Source: Candidatus Kuenenia sp.
GTDB taxonomy: Bacteria; Planctomycetota; Planctomycetia; Planctomycetales; Planctomycetaceae
Assembly: GCA_043754375.1 (NCBI GenBank)
Contig: JAYUVA010000164.1
Coordinates: 1,945-65,944 of the forward strand
Reading direction: 5' to 3'
Length of the DNA: 64,000 nt
The translations under genes and the position numbers were made by a program. How positions within the stretch are numbered: position 1 is the stretch's first letter; the number at the start of each line of letters is the position of its first letter. Positions 1 to 12,000 of the stretch are shown here, piece by piece. The notes beneath the pieces are model-generated. The model saw nothing but the letters and a program-made list of their open reading frames with translations. It was not told the origin of the DNA and ran no database searches.

Positions 1-232
1 TCGCCGCTTGGAACTGCGGAACAAGCGCGTCGTCACGCTCGCCGAACAGCGCGAGGCGGAGCGGCGCGATTTTCCGGACCGTTCCGCGCGGCGAATCGTT
101 CCGCGCGGAAACGAAGCCGATCGCAAGCCCAACATTATGGAAAGCGTCGAGGGGCCCGAGCCGTCGGTCGATCAAACGCTGGTCGATTCGGTATACACCG
201 CGCGGAACGTCCAAGTTCTTCGATTTCGTTAG
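1..232 (+). CDS. 3' end of an upstream gene running off the left window edge (partial, unknown product)
   Basis: The frame is open from nt 2 to the stop at 230-232. G+C is as high as in the following genes. No recognisable motif. Confidence 0.3.
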   Translation, partial: RRLELRNKRVVTLAEQREAERRDFPDRSARRIVPRGNEADRKPNIMESVEGPEPSVDQTLVDSVYTARNVQVLRFR

Positions 233-303
233 CGACTCACGGTCGCGAACGACGACGCGGTTGCGGCGATACACCTTAAAACGGCACCCGAGATTCCAAC
301 ACT

Positions 304-3300
304 ATGGCCAACCGTTACATCTTGCTGAATAGCGCCATGCCGCCGTCGAGTGCGGCGGGACTCATCTATCCAGTTTGGAAGATTTCAGGTCCCACCTCGT
401 TCGAGTGGGGCCTGATGACCTCGGCGGCAGGTGACAACCAATACTTGCGAACCACGCTGGAGAAATTGAGGCTGGTCGAGGATGCGAGCAACGGCGCTTG
501 GACGGTTTACACATGGCCGTTCACGCCGGCCTTCGATGGAAGCACGCTGTTGTCGGCGTATCCGAATTTCGGTAGCCCGGCGGATATTACGGGGCTCGAC
601 GCCTGGAAGTTGCCTGCGGGGACGCAGGTCTTCACTCAGTACACATTCGCGGGCACGGAAACGAATACGGACTTCAACTTGCTGAAGTTTCGGCCTACGG
701 CTCCGTCTGCAGTCAGCTTGGGACCGGTCGGCTCGTTGGTCAACGCCTCGTTCGTATGGCATTTCGGGACGGCCTCTCCGGTAATCGCCGCAGATCGAGC
801 GCTCAATTTGCCCGCCGACTTGTTTTTGTTTCGTTACGAGGACGGTTGGGGCGGGCCGCTGAAGCTGAACAACGCCCCGTTTATCGCGGGCGTGACCGAC
901 CGATTAAGCGACAACGCCGGTCGGCGGTCGATCTTGAAGCTGGCCGACGGATCGTATCGGCTGGAACTGAGGTTCGACGCGCCGTTTTCGCCGTCGTACT
1001 TCGGGAACGGCATCTGCCAAATCACCATCGCCGAAGCAAGCATCAATCTCGGATTCGGCGAGGAGGAAGGGAACGCGCTGGCAGTCTACCTGCACGACCC
1101 CGCCGCGCGCGCTTGGTTGAACGTGCGGGTCGATATGTCGCCGATCACGGCGGTCGGCACGAAACTTCCGTCGCTCGTGATCCCCACCGGCCCGCCGGCG
1201 GCGGCGTTTGAGCTGAAATTCGCCCTGGGGGGATGGGACGGTGCTCCTTTGGCGGGCGATTTGACAGGACCGGCGCTGTTGCCATTTCAATTCGACGACC
1301 GGGTCCATAGTCGCGGCGGATTCGAATTCAATCCCGACGTGTTTCGACACGATCCGGCGCATTCGGTCGTTGACCTGGTATCGATTCTCTCCGACGTCGC
1401 GGGTTCCGATCTGGATCTGAGCGACTTGGCGGAGGGCGCGGACGTCGCGATCAAGCTGTCGCAAGCGCCAGTCAATCGCATCCCGATGACGCTGATCGAC
1501 GGCGACCGCAAGGTTCGAATTCCGCTTTTGCTGGCGCTGGACGCCGGGCCGCTGCTGGGACGCCTGTCGGTCGTCTTGTGCCTCGACCTCGACTTGGTTT
1601 CGTTACGGCTCGTCGTACCCGCGACCCCCGATGGAAGGCCCGAGGGAAGAATCGATTCTTTCCTCGCGACGGCTGGCAACACGGACGACATTCAATTGCT
1701 GGACTTAAAGGCGTCCGCTTTCAAGGTACCTTCGCGCGCGATTGACTTCGCGACGTTCGCCACGCGACTCCCCGACGGTTACTTCGACAGCTTGACGCAC
1801 CAATTCGTGTTGCTGCAGCGTACCGACCCCGCTGCGCCCCCCGCGCCTTCGATCGCATTTCCGGGAGATTTGGCCTCGACGGCAGGCACGTTCGACGGTC
1901 GTCTGGAATTGAAACTGCGGACGGTGAACTTCAAGGATTACGCGCCGGACCATCCGCTGGCTCAGGTCGGAATCGGAGGCGGATACGACGGGGTGCTCTT
2001 GGCGGTGGGCAAAGAGGGGGTGACGTTCCACGCGGAATTGAAGACGCAGCAATCAATCGAGCTGATGGAGGCGACGGCGTCGTTGAAAAGCGTGGAATTG
2101 CGGGCGTTACCCAATCTCCCCAACGGCGACGCCAGCGAGATTTTGATGATCGACAGCGGGATCGTGAAAGCGCAGGTCGCCTTCGAGATGGACTTGCCGG
2201 GCTTCGAGAACGCCTCGATCGCCGGGACTTTCGAGCTTCGCCGGACCCGGCGCGACGGCCCGCCGTCCGTCGTGGCCACGTTCGACGTCCGCCCGAACGA
2301 TCCGCCGGTGGTCGGCGAACTCGGTTCGAAGTTCTTTGAAGCCGAACTAACACGAATCGCGCCCGTGCTTTCGTGGGAAGCCGGGAAGTGGAAGGTCTCG
2401 GTGCGGGCCTGGGGCTTCTTCGCGATCGCCGATCGGGTCGATGGTTCGGCGGCAGGGACATTTAAGGACGAAGCTCGGCTCACGTTTGAAGCGTTGGAAC
2501 TCACGAACCTGCACAAGCCTGATGATGTAGAAGTCACTGTGAGCATTTCGCGGCGCGATCCGGCGATCCGGTTTTCGCTGCTGGGAGGAAAGCTTCGCTG
2601 CCGGATGGGGCAGTTGGGAATCGGTTGGCGGTTGGGCACGGGCCGAGTCATGTCGATCGATTGCCGGGACGTGAGCTTCGACGTCGGCTCGGAGGCCTCG
2701 TTGCGCGTCGGCTTCGACACGGGACGGTTGTTGCTGAAATGCGACGCGCACAACAACTTGTCCGCGAGCTTTCCCGAATCGGTTCGGCTGCGTGTCACCG
2801 TCGGGTCGACGTTCTCCTTCACCGGAGAGGCCTCCTACAAACGGCCTGAACCGCGGATTCCCTACGGCGAAATCGGTGCCTCGGGCGAAGTCGAAGTCGG
2901 CGGGATCAACGCCGCAGTAACCTTGAAACTCGCCGTGGTCAAGAAGCAGGGCGGTGCCCTGCAAGCCGCGCTCGTTCTCGGGGGTGGGAAGGTCATCAAC
3001 AAGCAAATCAGCCCTGTGATTTGTGTCTACTCTTTTCTGGCAGGCGCAGCGGTGAACTACCGCTTGCGTGGCATCAGTTCGCATCCGACGGCGACCCAAC
3101 TTGTCGAGAACATCGATCGGCTGGATCCCGAGATACTGGACAACTGGGACTTGGTGGTCGACGACGGCATTTACGGCGCCGTGTTCGGCAAGGCGTTGCT
3201 GACCACGACGGTAACGCAGCCGACCGTTCCGAACGCATACGTTGCGACGTTGCTGGTGAGCGTCGATTCGCAATTGCGATTCCTCGGCGCCGGGCGGATG

Positions 3301-6300
3301 TGGATTTCCTCCAGCATCGATTTCGCGAAAGGGAATTTGGATCGACCGGTGCTCTTGGGGGGCGTCGCGTTCCTGCCTCGCGAACAGGAGTTGTCGCTGC
3401 ACTTGGAGACCCGTCGAAATCCGGCGATTCAGAACAATCCACAACTCGAATTGATGCTGCACGGCGCAAAAGGAACGCTGGACTTCGTCGCCGCCAGGAA
3501 CCTGGCCGACATCCAGGTTCGTGTCAATTTTCGCGAAGACCTGTTCGGCATCAAGATGACGTTCGACGGAGGCCTGCGACTCGCGATATTCGCCGGCGCC
3601 GTACTGGCCAAGGCATGGTTCCAGGCTTCGGCGTCGTTCGAGAAGAGGTTCGAGCGCGGAGCGGCGGGCATTGTTTTCAATGCGAATTTCTCCGCCTCGA
3701 CCGATTATCGGATGCTTCTGCAAGGAAACGGGATCACGGGTTACGCCCACGTCGATCAATCGCTCGACGCACGAGTCGAAGCTTGGATGGAGATCGAGGT
3801 GCTGGTCTGGGTAGAACGCTCAGTCAAGAAACTGCTGGAGTGGGTCACGCAACGAGAACAAGAAGTGCAGATGAGCCGGATTTCGGGTCGGATAAGCGCC
3901 CATCTTCGGTTCAATGGTACGGCGGGATTGTTGTCTGACAGTGGAGAGGCCGGATTCGCCGGTACCGTCAGCATCGGCGGGTCGCTGCGCGGTCACTCGT
4001 TCGGCATCGACGTCGACCTCAACGTGAAAGACGGAGTGGTCACGACGGCTTTGAAGAGGCTGGAAAAGTACGAGCGCCGACTCGATCAGGCCATTGCCGA
4101 CACGTTCGGCCGATTTGCCTTGGGGGGGGCGCCATCGAAAACGAATGCCAATCCTAGTGAGCTGTGGGCAATCCATTCCGAACGGCGGGTTGTCGACGGA
4201 AAAGAAGAGATTCACTTCTTGCCGTTGCCCCAACGCTATGGGAAGTGGTTTTTAGGACCGGTGCTTGCGGTCATCGACGCCGACTCGGAGACACCGCAGT
4301 TCGAAGAGCATGTTACCAAGATCGAATTTTACAGCGGCGGAACCCTCATACACGAGCTATTTCCGTTCTGGATTTGGCCCGTCCACCGCCTCGAACTCGA
4401 AGTCGAAGAACAACGCCGCGCCCAACGGGCCGAGACGGCATTTTTTCCCACGTCCGGCCATCCGTCGGTGACTCCGACACATGATCATATTGTTCGCGAT
4501 CCGAGACTCGAATCGCGGGCGCGTGCCTATTGGCGGGAGGCCGATCGCCTCTCCTATCCCGACTTTGCCGCACCGGCCCGATTCGCTCCTCTCGAAGAAT
4601 TGGCGGCGAACCCCGATCTGCCGGGCTTGAGCAAGATTATCGAGTACGAGCGGAAACGGCTCGCCGCGGCACAGGCGGAACGGGTGCGGGCGGAAGACTT
4701 GGAAGAACCGGAACAACTCGAGCGGGCCAAGGGTGGGCTCGTTTTCGGATTGGACGAGGAATTGAACGGGCGGGCCGATTCGCCGCGATTCGAATCGATT
4801 TCGCTGCCGCCCAATGGAGCGGTGACGCGCGAGCTGGGGCTGATCGCGCGAATTCCAAAGGCCGTCGCGATCAGCATCGACAATGTCCGCGTTCACCGTT
4901 CCGAAGGTCTCCCCGTCGACATCCCGACCGATTCGCCGCAGCCGGCCACCCCGCCTCCGCAGTTCCGCGCGTTGCCTTGGGGACTGGACTTCGTCGAGGC
5001 CGGCGAAGAGCAGCGGGAACTCGGCGTGACGGGGGCCGTCGTGGTGCGGCTCCCGCTGTTTATTCCGGACTATTTCTTGCACCTGGACGGCGACGGCGTC
5101 GGCGTCACGGCCCTGGGAGGCGTCGACATCTTTCGGCGGTTGCCGGGAGAACCGCCGCAGCGGATCGCTCGCGGCGTGCTGCCGGGCGTCACGCGGGTCT
5201 TGTCGGAAGACACCACCGAGATGTATTCGTTTCCGGAGCCGTTCATCTACAGCGACGCATTTCCGGTTCGGGGAGACGCATTCGTCGACGGACGGATTCT
5301 TGAGGGGCGCACGCCGGTGCTGTACAGCTTCGAGGTGCGTGATCTGCGCGGAGATTCGCTGGGTGTCGGCCAATGGAGTCCAGTACGGCTATTTATTCCA
5401 GCCGACTCCACGTTGCCTTCCAACCTCTGCGTCGTCGTCGCGATGGAACAGTTGAATCCGGAACGAACATTGCCCCGGGGGCACGACGCGGCCGACGAGC
5501 GATTGGAAATCACGTTGTGTACGCTCAAAGACGGCGTGGCGAAGCCGCTGCCGTTTTCGGATTCCGAAGTGGAACTCCACGTTGAAGAGAAGCCCACCCT
5601 GTTGTCGGGGTTCTACACGGGGGATGAGTTCCGACCCGGCGAACCACGTCCGAACGGACTTCTGGACGACGTTCGAGGGGATAGTCGTTCGGAATCGCTA
5701 GGCGAGAAATTCCGGTTGTTTTCGCTGCAAGGGGACAGAGGCCGGTTTACGGTCGCTCGGGACGACCTCCACGCCGGATGCCGCTACCGCTTCTTCGTTC
5801 GTCTCGCGACGCGCAATGAAGACATGCCCGTTTTGCCGGCCGAAGTCGGCCTCGTGCCGCATACCGACGATCTGGCGAACCCGGAAAAGGTCGAAGCCGC
5901 TCGACGTTTGGAATGGCCCGCGATTGCCGGAACGCTCGGCTCCCTGCCGAAAAAGAAGTTTTCGGCGGACGCAATCGTGTTTCGCGAGCGAAATTGGGTG
6001 CGAGTGAAATGGGACGCGCGCGAAAGAAGCTACGGCGGGGCCGAATTGATTCTCATCGACCGACACGATCCGAGCCTGATCGTGCGGCAACGAGTCGAGG
6101 TATTCAGCCGCGACGTATTCCTCGAAAGTCAGCAGGATTTTTCGTCGGCTACGGGATGGACAGTCGAGTCGGCTTCGCTCGGCCGACTGCGCACGCCTGG
6201 GCCGCGGACTCCGGTCGTGCCGAAGAATATCGAGGAGTACTACGCGGACTTATTGGTCTTGAAAGAACGGGATTTGATTAAGGATCTCGTGTGGACTAAC

Positions 6301-9054
6301 ACAGACGGCCCCGCCGGCAAGTTGTACGACCACTTAGCTCGCGACGAGCGACACTGGCAAACACTCTATCGTCTCAGCGTGCCGTTTCTGCGGGCTCTCT
6401 CGGCGTTCGGCCGTTCGCCCTTGAACAGTAATGACGCCGGTCTGCGCTCTTTGAACTCCGCTCTACCCGATCTACTGACGGCGATGCTGGTCGGCATTTC
6501 GACAGGGAGTATGCCGTCGCCGAATCCGCCGCCCGCGGCGATCGACTTGCCGGCCGCGCGAGCGGCGTTCGTGCGGGACGTGTTGGCGCAGCTTCAGGCC
6601 TTGTACTTGCGATTGCGGACGGAGCAATTCGCGCGGCTCACGGCGGTCGACGAGAAAACGAGTTTCAACGCGTTTTTCGACGCATTGGCGTTAGCGAAGC
6701 CGGGCGTAGCCTGCCTGAAGCGGCGTTGGAATCTCGCCCGCGAGCTGCTCGTCGAACGGCGCATCGAGCCGCCCGCAACACCCGCCGTCGCGGATCGCGA
6801 GAGCCTTTTGCGCGGAAAGCACTTCCAGCGGCTTCGGGACAACTTTGCCGATCGGCTTAGTTGGTACAAAGACGAGATGCCCGCGACGCCGCTGATCTCC
6901 GACTTCCTGTTCAAGTCGGGACTGTTTGAAGTCGACGGAAAACGTGCGGCGACCGATATGAAGGACTTTTTGATTGCGCTGGCCGACCATCTAACCATCG
7001 GCGCGTACCCCCGCGAAATGGCGAATTCGGTCACGCGGGCATCGGGCATCGCCCAGTATCTCGACAATTGGCAGGTCTCGCTTTCGGATCGCGGCGTGCA
7101 ATTAATCACGCGAGCGCATCACCAGGCGGGAGTCGAGCGGCCGGTCGACGCAACCGCTCGTCTGACCGAAACAGAGTTGGAGTCGTTCCGCCCCGATTAC
7201 TTGTTCGAGGGCGACAACTTTCCGGCCGATCCGGCCGTGGGCGTATTCAACCGACACACGGACGAGCAGGTCGCCAAGGGAGCGGCGACGTGGTTCAACT
7301 TTTGCGAACGGATGGGCTTCGCGACCGACGTCGCCGCCCGGGACGCGTCGGGGAAACCGGTCGACCAAGAAACACTACTGGCCTCTCTTCCCAAGAAAAC
7401 GGCGACCGGGCACCGATTGCTCTTGGGCGCGGGCGTTGCGCTGCACGCGTTGGCGCCCGAACAGGCCCGGATCGGTTACGGGTTCATCCACGTCGCAGTG
7501 GTACCCGAGGAGTTTTTGCAACTGCTTTTGGGGCTCACGGCGCAGGCGTCGATTCCCGCTGCGGGCGATCCCGATCCGGCGTTCGATCGGGTCCGTGAGT
7601 GGCTCGCGTTCCGGAATATCAAGTTGCCGTCGGTTCCGTCCGAAGGACGGCGGATCGTGTACGCCCTGGCGGAGATCGCCGGCCTGGTCGTCCGCGCTCC
7701 CTTCAAGGACGAGACGAATCCGGCCGACAAAACGCCGCTGCTGCGATTGGATCGGCGAACGACCTCACCGCAACCGATTCCGCTGGTCGACGGCGCGACC
7801 GCCTTGGTCGAGATTCCGGATCATTGGGGACACGAAATCGAAGTGTTGGTCGCGCCGCTTTCGCGGTACGAACGATTGCAGGAGCGGCTCGATCGGGATC
7901 GATCGGTGGTGATTCCTTGGGACGATCTCGAAGACTGGGCGCACCGAGTTCGATTCGCGCCGCTGTCACCGTCGGCGGATTCGCAATTGGAGGATGCGTC
8001 GGCGATGACGCCGTTCGTATTCGGCTATCCCCATCGGACGCGGATTCAGTTCATCTACAGGCCCTCGGATTACGGGCGTCGTTCGCTGGTCAATCAAATC
8101 GCCGAAGTCCGCACCGGATTCCGGGGGACCGACCTGCGGTTCACGTTCACGGCTCTCGATCGATCGGACGACCGACGATGGGGAATTGTGCTTAAGTATT
8201 TTGAAAGCTTGTCGGGTGCGGCGATTGCGGTCGGGCGATTGTGGAAGACGCCGTTGGGTGAGGGAAGCCGGCGACTTCCGGTCGCCCTGGGGAGCGAACG
8301 CTTGGTCGTGCTCGAACACCTGACACCGTGCTTTTCGTATCGCCTGATCGTGAGCGATTGCTTCGAGGGGCCGGCGGACCTGAAGCCGCCGACCGCCGAA
8401 GATAACGTCGAATTGACGCGTCGACCGTCGTTACTGGCGTTCCGCCAGCCGAAATTGGAAGCGAGCGCTGCCGTCGGCGGGCAAGATCTGGCGTTCACGT
8501 TGTTCCCCACGTCGCACGCCGACGAATTGACCGACTTGGAAGCGGCGAACACGCCCCCGGATTTGGACATCGCCAGGCCGAGAGCCGAGGGAAACGTCGG
8601 ACCGGCGCCGATGTCCATGCTGCGGCTGCCGGATTTAGCGATGGCTTACCGGATTTACTACCGGCATCCGAACGGTATCGGCTCGGACGTCGAGGGTGAC
8701 GGACCGAGCGTGACGAACTCCGGTCCCCGCGCGGAGAGTTACGTGCTGGCGGCAATCGTCGTTCTGCCTTGGCACCCGGCGTATCGGATGCCATCGAATG
8801 ACGAGCCACGAGTGGTGGTCCGTTCGATGAACGATTTGTTTAAACCAAGCGACGACGGGCACGGCGCAGGCAACTATTCGATTAAATACCAAGGGAACCC
8901 CACCGACCCGACCGCACTGATCTCCTACGTCGTCCAGTTCAAAGCCTTCGTTCCCGACAACGACGGAGAGTTGTTTCGGGAAGAGGCGCGGTTTCGGATG
9001 CAGGCGATTCGCGGCGATGCCGAAGCGGATGTCCTAGTCGATTTCACCAATTAG
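304..9054 (+). CDS. Giant protein 1 (2916 aa), unknown function
   Basis: Uninterrupted 8.75-kb ORF with an ATG start. No obvious N-terminal signal peptide, P-loop or catalytic motif was seen by eye. A G8 homopolymer lies at 4122-4129. Confidence 0.85.
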   Translation: MANRYILLNSAMPPSSAAGLIYPVWKISGPTSFEWGLMTSAAGDNQYLRTTLEKLRLVEDASNGAWTVYTWPFTPAFDGSTLLSAYPNFGSPADITGLDAWKLPAGTQVFTQYTFAGTETNTDFNLLKFRPTAPSAVSLGPVGSLVNASFVWHFGTASPVIAADRALNLPADLFLFRYEDGWGGPLKLNNAPFIAGVTDRLSDNAGRRSILKLADGSYRLELRFDAPFSPSYFGNGICQITIAEASINLGFGEEEGNALAVYLHDPAARAWLNVRVDMSPITAVGTKLPSLVIPTGPPAAAFELKFALGGWDGAPLAGDLTGPALLPFQFDDRVHSRGGFEFNPDVFRHDPAHSVVDLVSILSDVAGSDLDLSDLAEGADVAIKLSQAPVNRIPMTLIDGDRKVRIPLLLALDAGPLLGRLSVVLCLDLDLVSLRLVVPATPDGRPEGRIDSFLATAGNTDDIQLLDLKASAFKVPSRAIDFATFATRLPDGYFDSLTHQFVLLQRTDPAAPPAPSIAFPGDLASTAGTFDGRLELKLRTVNFKDYAPDHPLAQVGIGGGYDGVLLAVGKEGVTFHAELKTQQSIELMEATASLKSVELRALPNLPNGDASEILMIDSGIVKAQVAFEMDLPGFENASIAGTFELRRTRRDGPPSVVATFDVRPNDPPVVGELGSKFFEAELTRIAPVLSWEAGKWKVSVRAWGFFAIADRVDGSAAGTFKDEARLTFEALELTNLHKPDDVEVTVSISRRDPAIRFSLLGGKLRCRMGQLGIGWRLGTGRVMSIDCRDVSFDVGSEASLRVGFDTGRLLLKCDAHNNLSASFPESVRLRVTVGSTFSFTGEASYKRPEPRIPYGEIGASGEVEVGGINAAVTLKLAVVKKQGGALQAALVLGGGKVINKQISPVICVYSFLAGAAVNYRLRGISSHPTATQLVENIDRLDPEILDNWDLVVDDGIYGAVFGKALLTTTVTQPTVPNAYVATLLVSVDSQLRFLGAGRMWISSSIDFAKGNLDRPVLLGGVAFLPREQELSLHLETRRNPAIQNNPQLELMLHGAKGTLDFVAARNLADIQVRVNFREDLFGIKMTFDGGLRLAIFAGAVLAKAWFQASASFEKRFERGAAGIVFNANFSASTDYRMLLQGNGITGYAHVDQSLDARVEAWMEIEVLVWVERSVKKLLEWVTQREQEVQMSRISGRISAHLRFNGTAGLLSDSGEAGFAGTVSIGGSLRGHSFGIDVDLNVKDGVVTTALKRLEKYERRLDQAIADTFGRFALGGAPSKTNANPSELWAIHSERRVVDGKEEIHFLPLPQRYGKWFLGPVLAVIDADSETPQFEEHVTKIEFYSGGTLIHELFPFWIWPVHRLELEVEEQRRAQRAETAFFPTSGHPSVTPTHDHIVRDPRLESRARAYWREADRLSYPDFAAPARFAPLEELAANPDLPGLSKIIEYERKRLAAAQAERVRAEDLEEPEQLERAKGGLVFGLDEELNGRADSPRFESISLPPNGAVTRELGLIARIPKAVAISIDNVRVHRSEGLPVDIPTDSPQPATPPPQFRALPWGLDFVEAGEEQRELGVTGAVVVRLPLFIPDYFLHLDGDGVGVTALGGVDIFRRLPGEPPQRIARGVLPGVTRVLSEDTTEMYSFPEPFIYSDAFPVRGDAFVDGRILEGRTPVLYSFEVRDLRGDSLGVGQWSPVRLFIPADSTLPSNLCVVVAMEQLNPERTLPRGHDAADERLEITLCTLKDGVAKPLPFSDSEVELHVEEKPTLLSGFYTGDEFRPGEPRPNGLLDDVRGDSRSESLGEKFRLFSLQGDRGRFTVARDDLHAGCRYRFFVRLATRNEDMPVLPAEVGLVPHTDDLANPEKVEAARRLEWPAIAGTLGSLPKKKFSADAIVFRERNWVRVKWDARERSYGGAELILIDRHDPSLIVRQRVEVFSRDVFLESQQDFSSATGWTVESASLGRLRTPGPRTPVVPKNIEEYYADLLVLKERDLIKDLVWTNTDGPAGKLYDHLARDERHWQTLYRLSVPFLRALSAFGRSPLNSNDAGLRSLNSALPDLLTAMLVGISTGSMPSPNPPPAAIDLPAARAAFVRDVLAQLQALYLRLRTEQFARLTAVDEKTSFNAFFDALALAKPGVACLKRRWNLARELLVERRIEPPATPAVADRESLLRGKHFQRLRDNFADRLSWYKDEMPATPLISDFLFKSGLFEVDGKRAATDMKDFLIALADHLTIGAYPREMANSVTRASGIAQYLDNWQVSLSDRGVQLITRAHHQAGVERPVDATARLTETELESFRPDYLFEGDNFPADPAVGVFNRHTDEQVAKGAATWFNFCERMGFATDVAARDASGKPVDQETLLASLPKKTATGHRLLLGAGVALHALAPEQARIGYGFIHVAVVPEEFLQLLLGLTAQASIPAAGDPDPAFDRVREWLAFRNIKLPSVPSEGRRIVYALAEIAGLVVRAPFKDETNPADKTPLLRLDRRTTSPQPIPLVDGATALVEIPDHWGHEIEVLVAPLSRYERLQERLDRDRSVVIPWDDLEDWAHRVRFAPLSPSADSQLEDASAMTPFVFGYPHRTRIQFIYRPSDYGRRSLVNQIAEVRTGFRGTDLRFTFTALDRSDDRRWGIVLKYFESLSGAAIAVGRLWKTPLGEGSRRLPVALGSERLVVLEHLTPCFSYRLIVSDCFEGPADLKPPTAEDNVELTRRPSLLAFRQPKLEASAAVGGQDLAFTLFPTSHADELTDLEAANTPPDLDIARPRAEGNVGPAPMSMLRLPDLAMAYRIYYRHPNGIGSDVEGDGPSVTNSGPRAESYVLAAIVVLPWHPAYRMPSNDEPRVVVRSMNDLFKPSDDGHGAGNYSIKYQGNPTDPTALISYVVQFKAFVPDNDGELFREEARFRMQAIRGDAEADVLVDFTN

Positions 9055-9068
9055 AGGATTCCGAACTA

Positions 9069-12000
9069 ATGAGCGACACAATGACAAGTGCGACCGTGTT
9101 CGGTTCCGAAGCGACGCTATCGCCGGTGCCGGAATGGCTGCGGCTGGTGATCCGGAGCGAGTTCGCCCCCTGGTCGCTCAGCTTGTACGTCACTCGTCGC
9201 TGGCTGAGCGCGCCGGAGCAGGAGGGATTGTCCGAGGCGGCGGACGAATTGTTGCGCCGGCGGCGCTTGGGGGAGTGCGCCAGTTCGACGACGGCGGGGC
9301 GGTTCGCCGTCGTGGTGCCATCGACGGCGCTTGCGTTGCGATGTTCGCCGGGACTTTCGGTGCTCACGCTATTCGGGAACGAACTAGCGGCCGACACCGG
9401 ACGTCGGCCTCGGAACTTGTCGGTCAACGGGCTGGTCCGACTGGACGACGCTCGCGACGACGATTTGTATTTGACACTGATCAACGGAGCCGTGCGGATC
9501 GAGAACTTGAGCCGCCGTCCGACGATATTTGACGGCACGGCGGACCCGGCGCTCATTTGGCCGACGCCCGGCGACGCAACGGGAGGGAGTGACGGGAACG
9601 AACCGCTAGACGCCCTGTTGCTCGGATCGACGGACGTTCACGTCGATTTGAGCCGCGATATCGACGAGCGATTGCGATTTCGATATCAGCGGACGCTCGC
9701 CGACGGCCGGCGGCTATGGATGATGGTCGGCTGCCCGTTCCATGCCGAGGTCGTCGCCCCGCAAGTCGAAGCAAAGAACCAAGTCGACAGTATCAAGGCT
9801 CTGTTGAGTAACGTCGCCAACGGTGCCGTTCAATTGGAGGTTTCTGAGAACACAGGAGCGATCGTCTATGCGACGACGTCGTATCGAACATGCACGACGC
9901 TGACGCAGAATGTTGCCGCCGGCGCACTCGAATTGTCGACGCGGCACCGAGTTCGTAAGGGCTCGCGGATCGTACTTGGTCCGGGGACGCGTTTCGAAGA
10001 GAGCGTAGTCGCGGACGACGTATCGCCGGAATTCGGCGAAGCGGACGCATACCGCATCACGCCGTCGGCCCCGCTTCGTCACAAACACCCCCGATGCGAA
10101 CCGGTTCGGACGGAGGGGGAGCGAGAAGTCCGAAGGTTTTTCCAAGTTCAGGCGACAATCGCCTTGGTGAACGCCGACGGTACCCGAACGCATTGGCGTC
10201 CGCGGACGTTTTATCTTCGGGACGACGAAGGAGCAGGCAGCTCGTGGGCGATGGACGGCGGCGATCCGTTCGACGACGACTCGGCCCCGGCTCCGACCGG
10301 CGGCGTCGCCGCGAAACCGTTGGCCCTGAAATGGGACGCGGCGAGATTGTCGTTGCTGAGGTTGCCCGAGTTGCAACTGACCGGGGCCGACAACCGCTCG
10401 GGGGACAACGACTACTTGTGGCAGCCGGCGATTGTCGTGCACGGAGGAACCCCCGAGCCGGCGGCGCTCGTGCGGCTGCGATTCGCGGCGACGGAAGCCC
10501 GAGTGCGCGATACGGCCGACGCCCGATTCGATCGCCCCTTAGGGGTCGAGTGGGAAGACGACGACGGCGGGAAGTGGACGATCGAAGGGAGGCCGCTCGA
10601 CGCGATTCCAGGCCGACCGTCGACGATCGAATTGCGGGTGTTTTTCACCGTCCCGGTGTCGACGCGGGTTTTCAATCGAGCGGTGCTGACGCTTTCGGAT
10701 CCGGAGGTGCTAGTGCGGTCGCCGGCGACGCAGATCTATGCGCCTCCGGCGCCGGAAGCTGCGGGGACGCTGACTACGGACCCTGGTCGTCCGCCGCACT
10801 CGGCCCCCTTCGCATATCCGGCGCTGCGCTTGTGGAGGACGAAAAACTTCGTGGTCGGTTCCCTGCACTTTCGGAATCTGCGGTCGATCGGCAAGCGGCG
10901 TGTTTGGACGACGATAGATCCGGACGTGGAACAGCGACTGCGGTTCGAGGCACACGACGCGGTGAGAATCTACCGACCGCGGGGGACGGCCGTCATTGAC
11001 CTGGCTTCGGTGGCGAGGCCGAACGTGACGGCTTTGAACGTCGAAGCTTCGCCGGTGGCACGCGATCCGTCGCACGGCCTGATCGCCTTCGAGGTGGAGG
11101 CGTTTTGCTTGGCGTCCGACGACGCCGTCGGGCCGACGCTGGAATTGCTGGACCCTCGGTTAGGCCCGCCGGACATCGCACGGGCGACTTTGGCCCTGCA
11201 TCCGTGGGTGGAAGTGGCGGCCGACGGCACATTGTCGGCGGCGCACCGGAACCTGATTCTGGAAATGATGGAGTACGAACTGGCGGGGCGGTTCGGATTT
11301 CACGTCGCCGAGGAGCCGCCCGCCGATTTTCTGACGAACCGGGCAATCGCTGCGGTTCGGGGACGATACACACTCGCTTCGGATTCGCTTGTCGCGGGAA
11401 CGCCCGGAGAGTTGAAAGGCTGGCTGCCCGGAGTCGATCTGAACGACGGTACCAACCCGATCACGCCGACGCTGACGTGGCTCGATGCGGGAACGTCGCC
11501 GCCGGTACTGGATTTGGACGATGGCATCGGAGCCCCAACTCCTTTGAGTATCGAATCGCAACCCGACAGGGACTTCAGCTGGTTGCACCTCCTGCCGGAA
11601 TGGAGAAACCCGGGATCGGCCCGGCCGGAGGTGACTCTCACCGCCCCGTTGATCGACGGCTTGGGACGGGAATTGTATGCGGGACGCAACACGCGCAACG
11701 GAGGGATACCCTGGTTGTTTCCGAATCGTACCGTGCGCCCGGCGCCGGATGACGACCTTTTTCCGGGGGTGCTCGCGGCGGCGGGGAACGGTCGGCTGCT
11801 GGCGGTCGGGACCGCGGCGGGTGCCCACGTATGGCCGCGAAGGGCGGAAGCCGCGCTGATCACGTTGCCGCACGATCGCCCGGTCGTGCAGGTCGCGATC
11901 GCGCCCGACGGCGTCGGGGGGGAACGCCGGGTGATCACAGTCACCGACGACGGGAGCGTGCACGGCTGGGATGTGGCGACGCCCGGAGAGGCCGCCTGGA

